Below, piece after piece: positions 10,030 to 19,707 of a stretch of 40,000 bases of DNA. Positions within the stretch are counted from its first letter, which is position 1. Each line of letters opens with the position of its first letter. A program made the position numbers and the translations under genes. Source of the DNA: Clostridia bacterium. GTDB lineage: Bacteria; Bacillota; Clostridia; Christensenellales; Aristaeellaceae. The notes beneath the pieces are model-generated. The model was not told the origin of the DNA and did no database searches. It worked only from the letters and a program-made list of their open reading frames with translations. The stretch covers positions 19,240 to 59,239 of the forward strand of contig JAZRWA010000097.1 of NCBI GenBank assembly GCA_045599485.1, given 5' to 3'.

Positions 10030-12306
10030 TTAATCATCCAGCTTGACGATGGGGGCGATGGAAAGAGAAAATTGCTTTTCACCGAATACAGGAAAATCAA
10101 TGCTTATGCGGGCAGAAGGACCTTCGCCGCTGATCTTGCGAACAATGCCTTTGCCGAATTTTCTGTGAAGGACATGATCACCGACGGAAAAAGCCTGGGT
10201 GAAGGCAGGAGAGGGGACTGGGGAAGAGAAACCGCGCTGTACGCCGGGGATGCCGAGCGGGTTGGCAGCTTTTGCGGGAACAGCGTTTCTGCCGGCAGGG
10301 CTGGTGAATGAATTGCCCGGTTTTGCGGGAGCAATGCCTTTGTTGACAGGAATGCGGCGGGGCTGTATCATCCCGTATATAAACGGGGAGGCAAAGCCGC
10401 TGCGTTCCTCCTACAGTAGCTTTGCGGGAATCTGCTCGATGAAGCAGGAGCGTGCGTTGAACTGAAGCTGATTGAACATCATGCGGCGCCGGGCATAGGA
10501 CAGATGAAGCTTTTTGCGTGCGCGGGTCACGCCGACATAACAAAGACGGCGTTCCTCCTATAACCCTTCAGGCTCAGCCATGGCCCGCGAGGAGGGGAAA
10601 ATGCCTTCCTCCATGCCGGGCATGAAAACGGTATCAAACTCCAGACCTTTGGCAGAATGCAGCGTCATCAGGGTTACATATGCGGGAGCATCCTCCTGCG
10701 CGTCCAGATCCGTGATGAGGGAGACGCTTTCCAAAAAAGCCGCAAGCGTTTTGATACTCTCCTTTTGTTCAAACTCGGTTACAGCTCCCATGAATTCACG
10801 GATGTTTTCAACGCGGGTCTGATCTTCTTCCTCATCGCTGTTGGCGTACTGAAGGAGAAGACCGCTGTCATCGATCACTTTCTGAACAAACTTGGAGAGC
10901 GGCATGATGTCTTTTTGCAGCATCAGCCCGATCATCAGTTCTGAAAATGCGGAAAGGCTCTTCTTGGCTTTGGCGCCGAGTGTGGATGGAGGCGTGAGCA
11001 CAGCGGCATAGAGGGACATTCCCTTGTCCGCCGCGTAGGTGGAAAGCTGGTCGATGGTGGCATCGCCGATGCTGCGCTTGGGCACATTGATGATACGATT
11101 GAGCGAAAAGTTGTCTGCGGGGTTTTCCAGAAAACGAAGATAGGCGACAATGTCGCGGATTTCCTTACGGTCATAGAATCGAGTACCACCGAAAACACGG
11201 TACGGGATACCGTTGGTCATGAAGGTCTCTTCCAGCACACGGGACTGGGCATGGATGCGGTAAAGGACTGCGGTCTTGCCAAGCTCCGATGTGGAGAAGG
11301 CCTTGATCTTATTTGCGATCCAGCGGGCCTCAACGCGTTCATCCTCGGCAGAGTAGAGGGTGATCTTCTCTCCGTCGGCACTGTCCGTCCACAGGCGTTT
11401 TTCTTTCCGCCCAAAGTTATGTTTGATGATATCGTTCGCCGCGGCGAGAATGTTGCCGGTTGAGCGGTAGTTTTGTTCCAACTTGATGACTTTCGCGTCG
11501 GGATAATCCTTTTCAAAGTTGAGAATATTGCGGATGTCGGCGCCGCGCCATGCGTAAATGGACTGGTCGTCATCGCCGACAACACAAAGGTTGCGGCTGT
11601 CTTGCGTCAGAAGACGGATGATATGGTATTGGGCAAAGTTGGTGTCCTGATATTCATCCACATGGACGTACCGGAATTGCTGCTGATAGTAACTGAGAAT
11701 GGGCGGATGATCAATGAAAAGCTGCAATGTCTTGAACAAAAGATCGTCAAAGTCCAAAGCGTTGGCGGCTTTCAGATGAGCCTCATATGCCACGATGACA
11801 TCGTGAATGCGTTGGGTTCGATAAGTTTTATCTGCATGAGCCAGCCATTCATCGGCATTCCAGACATGGTTTTTCATGTCGGAAATGTAGGCCGAGACCT
11901 CTTTGGGAGGGAGAAATTTTTCGTCAATGTCCAGTTCCTTGAGAACAGCTTTGATGACGCGAAGCTGATCATCCTGATCATAAATGGAGAAGGAACGGCT
12001 GTATCCGAGTTTTTCGATATCACGGCGAAGGATACGGCAGCAAATGGAATGGAAGGTACCGATCCATGTGCTGTCCAGTGATTTTCCGGTCAGCGTTTCG
12101 ATGCGCCTGCGCATTTCACGGGCAGCCTTGTTGGTAAAGGTGAGAGCAAGAATATGATAAATGCTTACACCATGCTCCAGCAGGTTGGCGATGCGATAAG
12201 TGATGGTGCGCGTTTTTCCGCTGCCGGCACCGGCCAGAATGAGGACAGGGCCATTGAGCTGTTCGGCGGCCTGTTTTTGCATGGGGTTCAGGTCATTGAG
12301 ATTCAT
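10030..12306 (-). CDS. pcrA: ATP-dependent DNA helicase PcrA (UvrD family), two in-frame TAGs at 10558-10560 and 10411-10413
   Basis: The N-terminus MNLNDLNPMQ...AGAGSGKT starts at the ATG at 12306. ORF 10558..12387 ends at a TAG inside motif VI (EGL-TAG-EERRLCYVGVTRA). The same frame continues through a second TAG (IPAKLL-TAG-EE) into ORF 10030..10371, which encodes the PcrA C-terminal tail (GDHVLHRKFGKG). The joined length is 758 aa. TAA stop. Confidence 0.9.
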
Positions 12307-12388
12307 AAGGCAAATCCTTTGCTTGAAACTTTTTCGTTCATTATACCACAGCGAAGGGGAAAAGAAAACAAGGGAATGGTCAGGCATA

Positions 12389-12418
12389 AAAAAAGAACGC
12401 CGGGATTACCGTCGTTCT
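12389..12418 (-). terminator. Probable terminator of the tRNA mini-operon
   Basis: On the minus strand an imperfect 9-bp hairpin (GAACGACGG/CCGGCGTTC) is followed by a T7 run immediately after the tRNA-Glu CCA end. Confidence 0.45.
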
Positions 12419-12420
12419 TT

Positions 12421-12496
12421 TGGCACCTCCTGCCGGATTCGAACCGGCGTTTCAGCCTTGAGAGGGCCGCGTCCTAGGCCTCTAGACAAAGGAGGC
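12421..12496 (-). tRNA. tRNA-Glu (anticodon CUC)
   Basis: Hand-folded cloverleaf from GCCTCCTTTGTCTAGAGGCCTAGGACGCGGCCCTCTCAAGGCTGAAACGCCGGTTCGAATCCGGCAGGAGGTGCCA. It has a Glu-type D-arm (GTCTAGAGGCCTAGGAC), anticodon loop CTCTCAA, a 4-nt variable loop, T-loop GGTTCGAATCC and an encoded CCA. G1 pairs with U72 as a wobble. Confidence 0.85.
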
Positions 12497-12499
12497 AAA

Positions 12500-12573
12500 T
12501 GGCTGGGGAACAAGGATTTGAACCTTGACAGTACGAGTCAGAGTCGTAAGTGCTGCCGTTACACCATTCCCCA
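12500..12573 (-). tRNA. tRNA-Gln (anticodon CUG)
   Basis: Cloverleaf from TGGGGAATGGTGTAACGGCAGCACTTACGACTCTGACTCGTACTGTCAAGGTTCAAATCCTTGTTCCCCAGCCA. It has the U1-A72 pair, G73 discriminator, anticodon loop CTCTGAC and an encoded CCA. Confidence 0.85.
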
Positions 12574-12605
12574 ACACGGTTGTGCAGCTCGTAACTGCAA
12601 GAATT

Positions 12606-12634
12606 ATTATACGCGTGGGGAGTGTATTTGTCAA
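12606..12634 (-). promoter_or_regulatory. Consensus sigma-A promoter driving tRNA-Gln/tRNA-Glu
   Basis: The minus strand reads TTGACA (12634-12629), a 17-nt spacer and TATAAT (12611-12606), about 30 nt upstream of the tRNA-Gln 5' end. Confidence 0.6.
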
Positions 12635-12728
12635 CCCCCAAAATGCATTTTTTTGAAGAATAATCAAAAGATTGATCCGGAATAGGAAAACGGGGAAGGT
12701 AATGAGATGAATGGACGGAAGAGGATCG

Positions 12729-12766
12729 AAATAAAAAACAGCGGGCCGGATAACATACCCACTGTT
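12729..12766 (-). terminator. Rho-independent terminator after the carboxypeptidase gene
   Basis: On the minus strand a 9-bp stem (AACAGTGGG/CCCGCTGTT) is followed by TTTTTATTT, directly after the TAA at 12767-12769. Confidence 0.55.
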
Positions 12767-14191
12767 TTATCGGAAGTAACGTTTCTGAGGACGAATGCGA
12801 TCCGGATGACGGTCACGCTTTTCGGCTTTGCGATGACGTTTCAGACTACGCACCAGACGGATGAAAAGATACAGTGCGATGAAGGGGATCAGAAGAATGA
12901 TGATCAGCTCAAGGCTGAGCGGTGGAAAAGGGTTGGCATCATTCCGGACGGCCTCATAGATCTCATCCAGGGATGGAAAATCCAGCACACGGCGGGCGAT
13001 GCTGCGGGTTGCAACCAGCTCATACTCGACAATGTTACCGGATTCTGCCAGATAGGTGGCGGTACCGACTACTTCTCCTGCAATGATGGGAGCGATAGGA
13101 GCGTGCGTGTATTCAATGGTCAGCAGGTCATTGATGTTGGAGACCAGATAGTCGATACGGCCGGCCTGGGTGATGATCGTATCATCATCGGAAGGGTCAA
13201 CTTTGCGGAGGGACAGCTCTAGCTCGCCGAGCAGGGGATCCTTCAGATCGTATTTGGCAATGCTGAGTACCTTGGGAGAAAGGTTGTACAGCTGCGTGAC
13301 AGAGGTGGAAAGATACTGGGTAAAGCCGTACTCCATGAGTCGTTTGGTATCCCGCCAGCACTCGTTGTAGCTGGCGCAGTTGAAAACGACCGAAATGAAG
13401 GTGACACCGTCTTTGGTGGCTGAACCGACAAAGCAGCGGCCGGCCTGAGAGGTATAACCTGTCTTAATGCCGTTGCCGTACTGATAATAGCTGGATTCGC
13501 CTCCGAAAAACTCCAGCATACGGGAGGAGATGCTGCGCGATTTGTGGATGTTGCTCTTGGGCAGGGCATAGGTCACGGTGGAGGCGATTTTGCGGAAGGT
13601 TTCGTTCTGCATGGCTTCACGGGCGATGATGGCCATATCCCGGGCGGTGGTGTAATGGTTTTCGTCGTGAAGACCGTTGGCGTTGGCGAAATGGGTATTG
13701 CGGCAGCCGAGACTGGCTGCATACGTGTTCATCAGGTCAACGAAGGCGGGGATGCTGCCCGAGATGGTTTCGGCGATGACGTTGGCACCGTCATTACCGG
13801 ACCGCACCATGGTTGCAAAAAGAAGATCTTTGAAGTTGATCTCTTCACCTTGCGACAGAGGAATGGTGGAAGAGTCGGCGGAAATCTGAAGTGCGGTACT
13901 GCTTGTGACGGCGGTCGAACTCAAATCTCCCATCAAAAGGCCGAGGTAGGTGGTCAGAATCTTGGTGGTAGAAGCCGGATACATGCGGGCATCGGCGTTC
14001 TTTTCGTAGATGACCATGCCGGTGTTGGCTTCGATCAGAATGGCGGCGCTGCATCCCAGATCGACATCATTGAGGTTTTCGGGATGGTTTGCGTCATAAT
14101 TGGAAAGTGCAGCCAGAGCAGGAGAACACCATAACAACAATGCCAGCAGCATGGCAATGACTCCCGTCAAGCTTTTGCGTATACGAAGCAT
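12767..14191 (-). CDS. D-alanyl-D-alanine carboxypeptidase (S11 / PBP5 family) with a C-terminal membrane anchor
   Basis: 474 aa. Signal peptide (AMLLALLLWCSPALA), active-site SxxK (PASTTKILT), SGN motif (VRSGNDGA) and KTG (IKTGYT). A hydrophobic segment lies near the C-terminus. Confidence 0.85.
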   Translation of the reverse strand: MLRIRKSLTGVIAMLLALLLWCSPALAALSNYDANHPENLNDVDLGCSAAILIEANTGMVIYEKNADARMYPASTTKILTTYLGLLMGDLSSTAVTSSTALQISADSSTIPLSQGEEINFKDLLFATMVRSGNDGANVIAETISGSIPAFVDLMNTYAASLGCRNTHFANANGLHDENHYTTARDMAIIAREAMQNETFRKIASTVTYALPKSNIHKSRSISSRMLEFFGGESSYYQYGNGIKTGYTSQAGRCFVGSATKDGVTFISVVFNCASYNECWRDTKRLMEYGFTQYLSTSVTQLYNLSPKVLSIAKYDLKDPLLGELELSLRKVDPSDDDTIITQAGRIDYLVSNINDLLTIEYTHAPIAPIIAGEVVGTATYLAESGNIVEYELVATRSIARRVLDFPSLDEIYEAVRNDANPFPPLSLELIIILLIPFIALYLFIRLVRSLKRHRKAEKRDRHPDRIRPQKRYFR

Positions 14192-14217
14192 GGAACACCT
14201 CCAATCGATTCATTTTG

Positions 14218-15396
14218 TTAATCGTCTATAATGACAGGACGGCAACGATAGAGACCTCCAAAGGGGAGACCGGCCCCGAGGGACCATAGGTCATCGGCTC
14301 TTTTGTCAAGTGCGGCGCATACCGGGTCTGTAACATCAGATAGTGATCCGGCCAAAGGGAGACCGGCGGTATGGATATTGCGAAGGGTCTGCGCGGCACT
14401 GCGGCGGAAACCGAGAAGATAGGCGTATGGCGGAAGAGCGGGGAGCTTCTCTGCTTCGGTATCCAGCAGCACATGAGTCAAAAGACGGCTGATGCGTGTC
14501 CAGGTATAGCGGCGTGTTTTGCAGGCAGCGATCATGCTGTCACGGGTCAGCTCATCCGCAGCGCTCTTCAAACGGTTTTGCAGCCCTTCGGAGCATTCAG
14601 GCAGATTCTTTCGCAGCGGGTTGCTGCGAATGGATAATCTTAACAGCGGTGTGAGGGCTTCCGGAGGATGCAAACGCCCGGCAGAAAGCTCCTCGAACAG
14701 GACTGCTGCGGCGGTGGAAGGCATGGCAGCGGCGGCGCTTTCAATATCACGGTTCAGAATGGCTTGCCTGACGGCAGAGGCGGATGGCAGTGTAGTATCA
14801 GACAGTTGTTTGCTGTGATAATCGCTTTCGCGCACCACCGGGCAAAGGGAAAATGAGGCATTCAAACGCCGACAGGCTCGGGCATAACAGATGGCCAAAG
14901 CCGTATTGGGCCCCGAAAATGCAGAGGGATCGGCATGCAGACAATTTGACAGCGATTTCCCGCAAGCGGAGGCGAATCCATTGCCGGCGGACAGCTCTTC
15001 GTGTAAAAGAGCAGTGAAAGCATCGGTGGGATGCTCAAGCAGTTCCGCGGCAGCTTCGTAGAACGGCTGCCCTTCAGGCTCGATACCGAAACTCAGATGC
15101 GTCACGACACCGCAGGCTTTCAGAATACTGACACCGGACAGAGCGAAATGCTCCGCATCCCGTACGGAGAAGGCAACCGGCAATCCAAGCACGATATCGG
15201 CGCCGTTCTCAAGTGCCATGCGTGCCCGGCTGTGCGGTGTGAGCAAACCGGGAGTACCCCTTTGGGTAAATTGCATGCTCATGACGCTGATCACACAGGC
15301 TGCGCCGCTTTGCTGCCGTGCTTCGCTCAGGTGATGCGCGTGCCCCAGATGGAAAGGATCATATTCGGCTATTACGCCGCAAACGGCGTTTGTCAT
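14218..15396 (-). CDS. tmcAL: tRNA(Met) cytidine acetate ligase (YlbM/TmcAL family nucleotidyltransferase)
   Basis: 392 aa. The N-terminus GVIAEYDPFHLGHAHH...VMSMQFTQRG matches the HxGH nucleotidyltransferase signature of the YlbM family. TAA stop. Confidence 0.75.
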   Translation of the reverse strand: MTNAVCGVIAEYDPFHLGHAHHLSEARQQSGAACVISVMSMQFTQRGTPGLLTPHSRARMALENGADIVLGLPVAFSVRDAEHFALSGVSILKACGVVTHLSFGIEPEGQPFYEAAAELLEHPTDAFTALLHEELSAGNGFASACGKSLSNCLHADPSAFSGPNTALAICYARACRRLNASFSLCPVVRESDYHSKQLSDTTLPSASAVRQAILNRDIESAAAAMPSTAAAVLFEELSAGRLHPPEALTPLLRLSIRSNPLRKNLPECSEGLQNRLKSAADELTRDSMIAACKTRRYTWTRISRLLTHVLLDTEAEKLPALPPYAYLLGFRRSAAQTLRNIHTAGLPLAGSLSDVTDPVCAALDKRADDLWSLGAGLPFGGLYRCRPVIIDD

Positions 15397-16316
15397 CCCA
15401 GAAGGGAAGCCGGATAAACACCGGCATCATGCAGCTTTTTCAGTTCGGCCATGACATAAGGCTTATCCTGCGGATAGGTGACGCCAAACCATACAGAGTT
15501 GGTGGAAAGCACATGCACCCGGAGCACGTTACTCTTCATCATGCTGTCGACCATGATGGGCAGCAGACATTCGGCCTTCAGGTCGTCGGGAGCGATGCTC
15601 TTGAGGAAGGTTTCAAAGTACGCCGCCATGGGTTCAAAGATGGAGGGGGTGAAGCCCCAGAAATTCATCGAAACCAGCGCGTTGGGATCCAGGATGACGC
15701 CTTCACCACCGGCTGAGGCATCGCGGATGGTGCCGTCGGGGTAAGGCATGATCTTGTATGTCTCGGTGACCTTGGACAGCATGTTTTTGTCACAGGAGCA
15801 GACACCGCGGGTGACGGTGCCGTTCTCGCTGACGGTATTCTTGAGATAATAGCCGACCATGGAAGCCTCGTTCTGCGGCAGGGCAGCCAGACAATCGTAC
15901 ATGGCGGAATAAGCATCCACACCGTAATAGTCATCGGCGTTGATGACGGCGAAAGGCTCATTTACGTATTGCTTGGCGCACAGCACCGCGTGAACGGTAC
16001 CGAAGGGCTTTGTTCTGCCCTCCGGAATGGCATAAAACGAAGGAACGGAAGAATAATCCTGAATGGCATAGCAGACGGACAGCGGGACACCGCTCAATGT
16101 TTTGCAGCTGCGTACCAATTCGCCGCAGAGCTTTTCCATCAGCGGCTGCATGTCGGACTTGATGATGAAAACGACTTTATCAAAGCCGGCACGCACAGCG
16201 TCAAAAATGGAATATTCCATCAGAATTTCGTTGTTGGGACCCATGCCCTCGGTTTGCTTGTTGCCGCCGTAACGGCTTCCGAGGCCGGCGGCCATGATGA
16301 CCAGTGTCGCGCTCAT
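15393..16316 (-). CDS. Sugar-phosphate nucleotidyltransferase family protein
   Basis: 307 aa. N-terminal NTP-transferase glycine loop (VIMAAGLGSRYGG). Overlaps neighbouring genes by 4 nt on both sides. Confidence 0.65.
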   Translation of the reverse strand: MSATLVIMAAGLGSRYGGNKQTEGMGPNNEILMEYSIFDAVRAGFDKVVFIIKSDMQPLMEKLCGELVRSCKTLSGVPLSVCYAIQDYSSVPSFYAIPEGRTKPFGTVHAVLCAKQYVNEPFAVINADDYYGVDAYSAMYDCLAALPQNEASMVGYYLKNTVSENGTVTRGVCSCDKNMLSKVTETYKIMPYPDGTIRDASAGGEGVILDPNALVSMNFWGFTPSIFEPMAAYFETFLKSIAPDDLKAECLLPIMVDSMMKSNVLRVHVLSTNSVWFGVTYPQDKPYVMAELKKLHDAGVYPASLLG

Positions 16317-16930
16317 GCGGCTTTACCTCCGTTTGGATTTTCTTTTTCTCCGATTTTGCGTTCGGTACCGTTCATGAGGCGTGTGATATTGCCCCTGTGA
16401 TGGAAAATGCACAGCAGAGTCAACACCGCAGCCCAGCAGCCGACCGGCCACAGGGGGAGAAAAATAAGGGAAAGGATCAGGAAAACAACGGACAGTATGA
16501 TGCTGCCAAGAGAGATAAATCGTGTGAGGGTGATGACCAGAATGGCCAGTACGGCGCTGGGAATGCCCTGCCAGGGGAACAGCAGCACATAAACAGCCGC
16601 TGAACAGGCTACACCTTTGCCACCCTTGAAGCTGTAGAATACAGGCCAGTCATGGCCAATGACCACAAACAGACCGCTGACCATAGCACCATTGTGCCCG
16701 GCAATGAGGGTACCGATGCCCATCGCAGCCGCTGCCTTCAGAATATCCAGCAGGAAGGTGGCTATGCCGTAATGGGCACCGAACACGCGCAGCATGTTGC
16801 TGGCGCCGGGGTTGTGGCTGCCGACAGTGCGGATATCCTTGCCAAGACGCGTGGAAAGAAAGATGCCCGAGTTGAAGCTGCCGACCAGATAGGCGGTGAC
16901 GGCACAAAGCAGTGCCTGAATGATGCTCAT
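16313..16930 (-). CDS. plsY: Glycerol-3-phosphate acyltransferase PlsY
   Basis: 205 aa polytopic membrane protein. Motifs GSFNSG, GSHNPGASN and SFKGGKGVA of the PlsY family. Confidence 0.9.
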   Translation of the reverse strand: MSIIQALLCAVTAYLVGSFNSGIFLSTRLGKDIRTVGSHNPGASNMLRVFGAHYGIATFLLDILKAAAAMGIGTLIAGHNGAMVSGLFVVIGHDWPVFYSFKGGKGVACSAAVYVLLFPWQGIPSAVLAILVITLTRFISLGSIILSVVFLILSLIFLPLWPVGCWAAVLTLLCIFHHRGNITRLMNGTERKIGEKENPNGGKAA

Positions 16931-18273
16931 TCGTCCTTCTCCTTTGTTTTTTCACGCAGGGCGAAGCGAATCGGAGTGCCGCTGAAGCCGAAGGCCTTGC
17001 GCAGCTGATTCTCAAGATAACGTTCGTAAGCGAAGTGCATCAGATTTTCATCATTGACAAACAGGGCAAATACAGGCGGACAGGTTGCGATCTGTGTGCC
17101 GTAATAGATGCGCAGACGGCGACCGCCGCTGACAGGGGGCTGAAGCGCGATCTGAGCGTCGCCTAAAATATCATTCAGAAGGCCGGTGGGAATGCGCTTG
17201 CTGGCCTGAGCCCATACCTGATCGACATTTTCCAGCACGGTATGAACGCGCTGACCGGTCAGCGCGGAGATGGACAGCACGGGGGCATAATCCATGAACT
17301 TGAGGTCCTCCAGCACCTGCTTGCGGTATTTTTCCAGTGTGCCGGTATCCTTTTCGGGAATATCCCACTTGTTGACGATAACGACAACGGCTTTGCCTTC
17401 CTCACTGATGAGGCCGGCAATGCGGGCATCCTGCTCGGTTACTCCGTCCTGAGCGTCCAATACAAGCAGTGCGACATCACAGCGCTTGATGGCGGCAATG
17501 GCACGGATGACGCTGTAATGCTCCAGCGATTCATCCTCAATGGCTCTTTTGCGGCGGATGCCGGCGGTGTCGATGATGTTATAGCGGCTACCGTCGGCAC
17601 TTTCAAAATGTGTATCGATGGCATCGCGGGTAGTGCCGGGGATGTCACTGACCATCACACGATCCTGACCGAGAAGACGGTTGGTCAGACTGGATTTGCC
17701 GACGTTGGGGCGGCCGACCAGCGCCAACTGGATCTCGTGAAGATCGTTGTCTTCTTCGTCGTCTTCAGCCTCCGGCGGAAGATGATTGACGATCTCCTCC
17801 AGCAGGTCACCAAGCCCAAGCATGTTGGCGGCGGAGATGCCGATGGGATCGCCGAGACCAAGGGCGTAATACTCATACAGCACGTCCTTCATGCCATAAT
17901 GGTCCAATTTATTGACGACAAGCAGCACGGGCTTGCGGGTACGGCGCAGCATGGAAGCCACTTCTTCGTCGTCGCCGGTCAGTCCCTGACGGGCATCACA
18001 GAAGAAGCAGATCACATCAGCCATTTCAATGGCCAGCTCAGCCTGATGACGCATCTGAGAAAGCAGAGCATCATCGCTGCGGGGATCGATACCACCGGTA
18101 TCGATCAGCGTAAAAGCACGACCGGTCCATTCCACATCCGCGTAGATGCGGTCGCGGGTCACACCGGGCGTGTCCTTGACGATGGCGACACGATGACCGG
18201 CAATTTTGTTAAAGAAAGTGGATTTGCCCACATTGGGACGGCCGACGATGGCGACCAAAGGTTTAGCTTTCAT
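16927..18273 (-). CDS. der: Ribosome-associated GTPase Der (EngA)
   Basis: 448 aa with tandem G domains (GRPNVGKST twice, DTGG/DTAG, NKLD/NKWD) and a C-terminal KH-like domain. Confidence 0.95.
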   Translation of the reverse strand: MKAKPLVAIVGRPNVGKSTFFNKIAGHRVAIVKDTPGVTRDRIYADVEWTGRAFTLIDTGGIDPRSDDALLSQMRHQAELAIEMADVICFFCDARQGLTGDDEEVASMLRRTRKPVLLVVNKLDHYGMKDVLYEYYALGLGDPIGISAANMLGLGDLLEEIVNHLPPEAEDDEEDNDLHEIQLALVGRPNVGKSSLTNRLLGQDRVMVSDIPGTTRDAIDTHFESADGSRYNIIDTAGIRRKRAIEDESLEHYSVIRAIAAIKRCDVALLVLDAQDGVTEQDARIAGLISEEGKAVVVIVNKWDIPEKDTGTLEKYRKQVLEDLKFMDYAPVLSISALTGQRVHTVLENVDQVWAQASKRIPTGLLNDILGDAQIALQPPVSGGRRLRIYYGTQIATCPPVFALFVNDENLMHFAYERYLENQLRKAFGFSGTPIRFALREKTKEKDE

Positions 18274-19601
18274 GGATGCTCCTGTTCTGTATTGCCAAGC
18301 AGCGCGGTATAAAGACCGGCGCCGCTGTTGGGTACGATTCGGACGGGGAAGGGAAGACGGGCACGGAAGGTTTCAAGCGGCAGATCGTCCAGGAACAGAT
18401 CGCCTGCTTCGCGCAGAGTCACGCTGCACAGCAGCATTTCATCCACGTCCTGCGAGGCTGTCTGCTCGGAAATGTCGCCGCCGCACAGAAGACCGGTAAC
18501 GGTAACAGTGGTGCCGAAAAAATGATTATCGATCGCCTGTACGGTAATATCGACACCTTCGGGCCCATACTCACGGAGCCAGCGGCGCATATAAGGCGCG
18601 ATACTGGTGCCGCAGGGGATCAGTATACGGCGGGGGCGTGCGGTCTCGCCGCTGTGGGCGGCTCGTGCTTCCAAAAAACCGGTGAGGAACTGCCGCATCA
18701 GACCGACTCCGTTTTCAATCTGCGGAAAGTTTTCGTAGTACTCTTCATCCGGAAGATCCCTTCCGGCGATGCAAAGCATTTCATCTGAGGGGAAAACAAA
18801 GCGGGTGCCGAGTTTTTCCAGAAAACGATTCTGCCATTTTTCGCAGATGGCCAGAACCTCTTGTGCCTGCTCGCGCGTGTAGGGCTTCAGCGGGTAAAGC
18901 TTTTCACGGCATTTGGTCAGTCCAACAGGCACGAGTGCGGCACTTTGCGCTGCGGGGATGAGATGAGACAATGTTTCAAGTGTTTCTTCCAGAACAGCGC
19001 CGTCGTTGATGCCGGGGCACAGCACGATCTGGCAATGGAAATGCGTGCCGTTTTCCTTGAGCCTTTCAAGACGCGGAAGCAATTGCGCGGCATCAGGATT
19101 ACGCAGCATCCGGGCGCGGACCTACGGGTTGGTGGCATGTACGGAAATGAAAAGAGGCGAGGCGTGACGCTTGAGGATGCGTTCAAATTCACGATCATCG
19201 ACGTTGGTAAGGGTGATGAAGTTGCCCATCATCAGGGACATGCGCCAGTCATCGTCTTTTACGTACAATGACTTGCGGCAGGCGCGCGGCATCTGGTCAA
19301 TAAAGCAGAAGATGCAGTGGTTTTTGCATATGCGGGGAGTAATGGTCATGCTGTCCCCGAAGGAGAGCCCGAGCGGTTTTTCGGGCTGTTTGACAAGCTC
19401 GACATTCCAATCGCGGCCATCTGCTTTGCGCACATGCAGAATGATGTGCCGGCGGGCAGACAGTGCTTCATAATCGACGGAGTCGATCAGATCTTCACCG
19501 TTGAGGGTGAGAAGGGTATCTCCTGCACGCAGACCGCCGCGCCATGCCGGGGAACCGGGACGAACGAAAGTAATCAGATGTTCCAACGCATACTCCTCCA
19601 T
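18270..19601 (-). CDS. DUF512 protein (PDZ + radical-SAM-like domain), one in-frame TAG at 19122-19124
   Basis: ORFs 19122..19601 and 18270..19109 share a frame. PDZ-like N-terminus (GSPAWRGGLRAGDTLLTLNG) and Cys motif CKNHCIFC. The junction reads SVHATNP-TAG-VRARMLRN. The joined length is 443 aa. The position upstream of der-plsY is conserved in Firmicutes. An alternative TTG start lies 15 nt downstream of the ATG at 19601. Confidence 0.8.
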
Positions 19602-19612
19602 TTTCAGTAAAT

Positions 19613-19641
19613 ATTATCCCCCAAATCATGTGGATTGTCAA
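19613..19641 (-). promoter_or_regulatory. Sigma-A promoter of the DUF512-der-plsY operon
   Basis: The minus strand reads TTGACA (19641-19636), a 17-nt spacer and GATAAT (19618-19613). Confidence 0.5.
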
Positions 19642-19661
19642 GGACGGCGGCTGAAACGTAA

Positions 19662-19694
19662 CAAAAAATCGTCCCTCCTGATGGAAGGACGATT
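19662..19694 (-). terminator. Rho-independent terminator after moeA
   Basis: On the minus strand AATCGTCCTTCC-ATCA-GGAGGGACGATT is followed by TTTTTTG. Confidence 0.6.
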
Positions 19695-19707
19695 AGCATA
19701 AAATAAA

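Noticed and set aside
10030-10371. A separate small gene encoding a 113-aa protein downstream of pcrA
   Set aside because: It is in the pcrA frame and connected through sense codons and two TAGs. It encodes the characteristic PcrA/UvrD C-terminal tail (GD.V.H.KFG.G.V), so it is the 3' end of pcrA.
12421-12496. The tRNA with a Glu-type body as the amber suppressor itself
   Set aside because: Re-deriving the reverse complement gives anticodon loop C-U-C-U-C-A-A. The anticodon is therefore CUC (reads GAG), not CUA. I found no other tRNA-like sequence with a CUA loop and a GTTCRA T-loop in the window.
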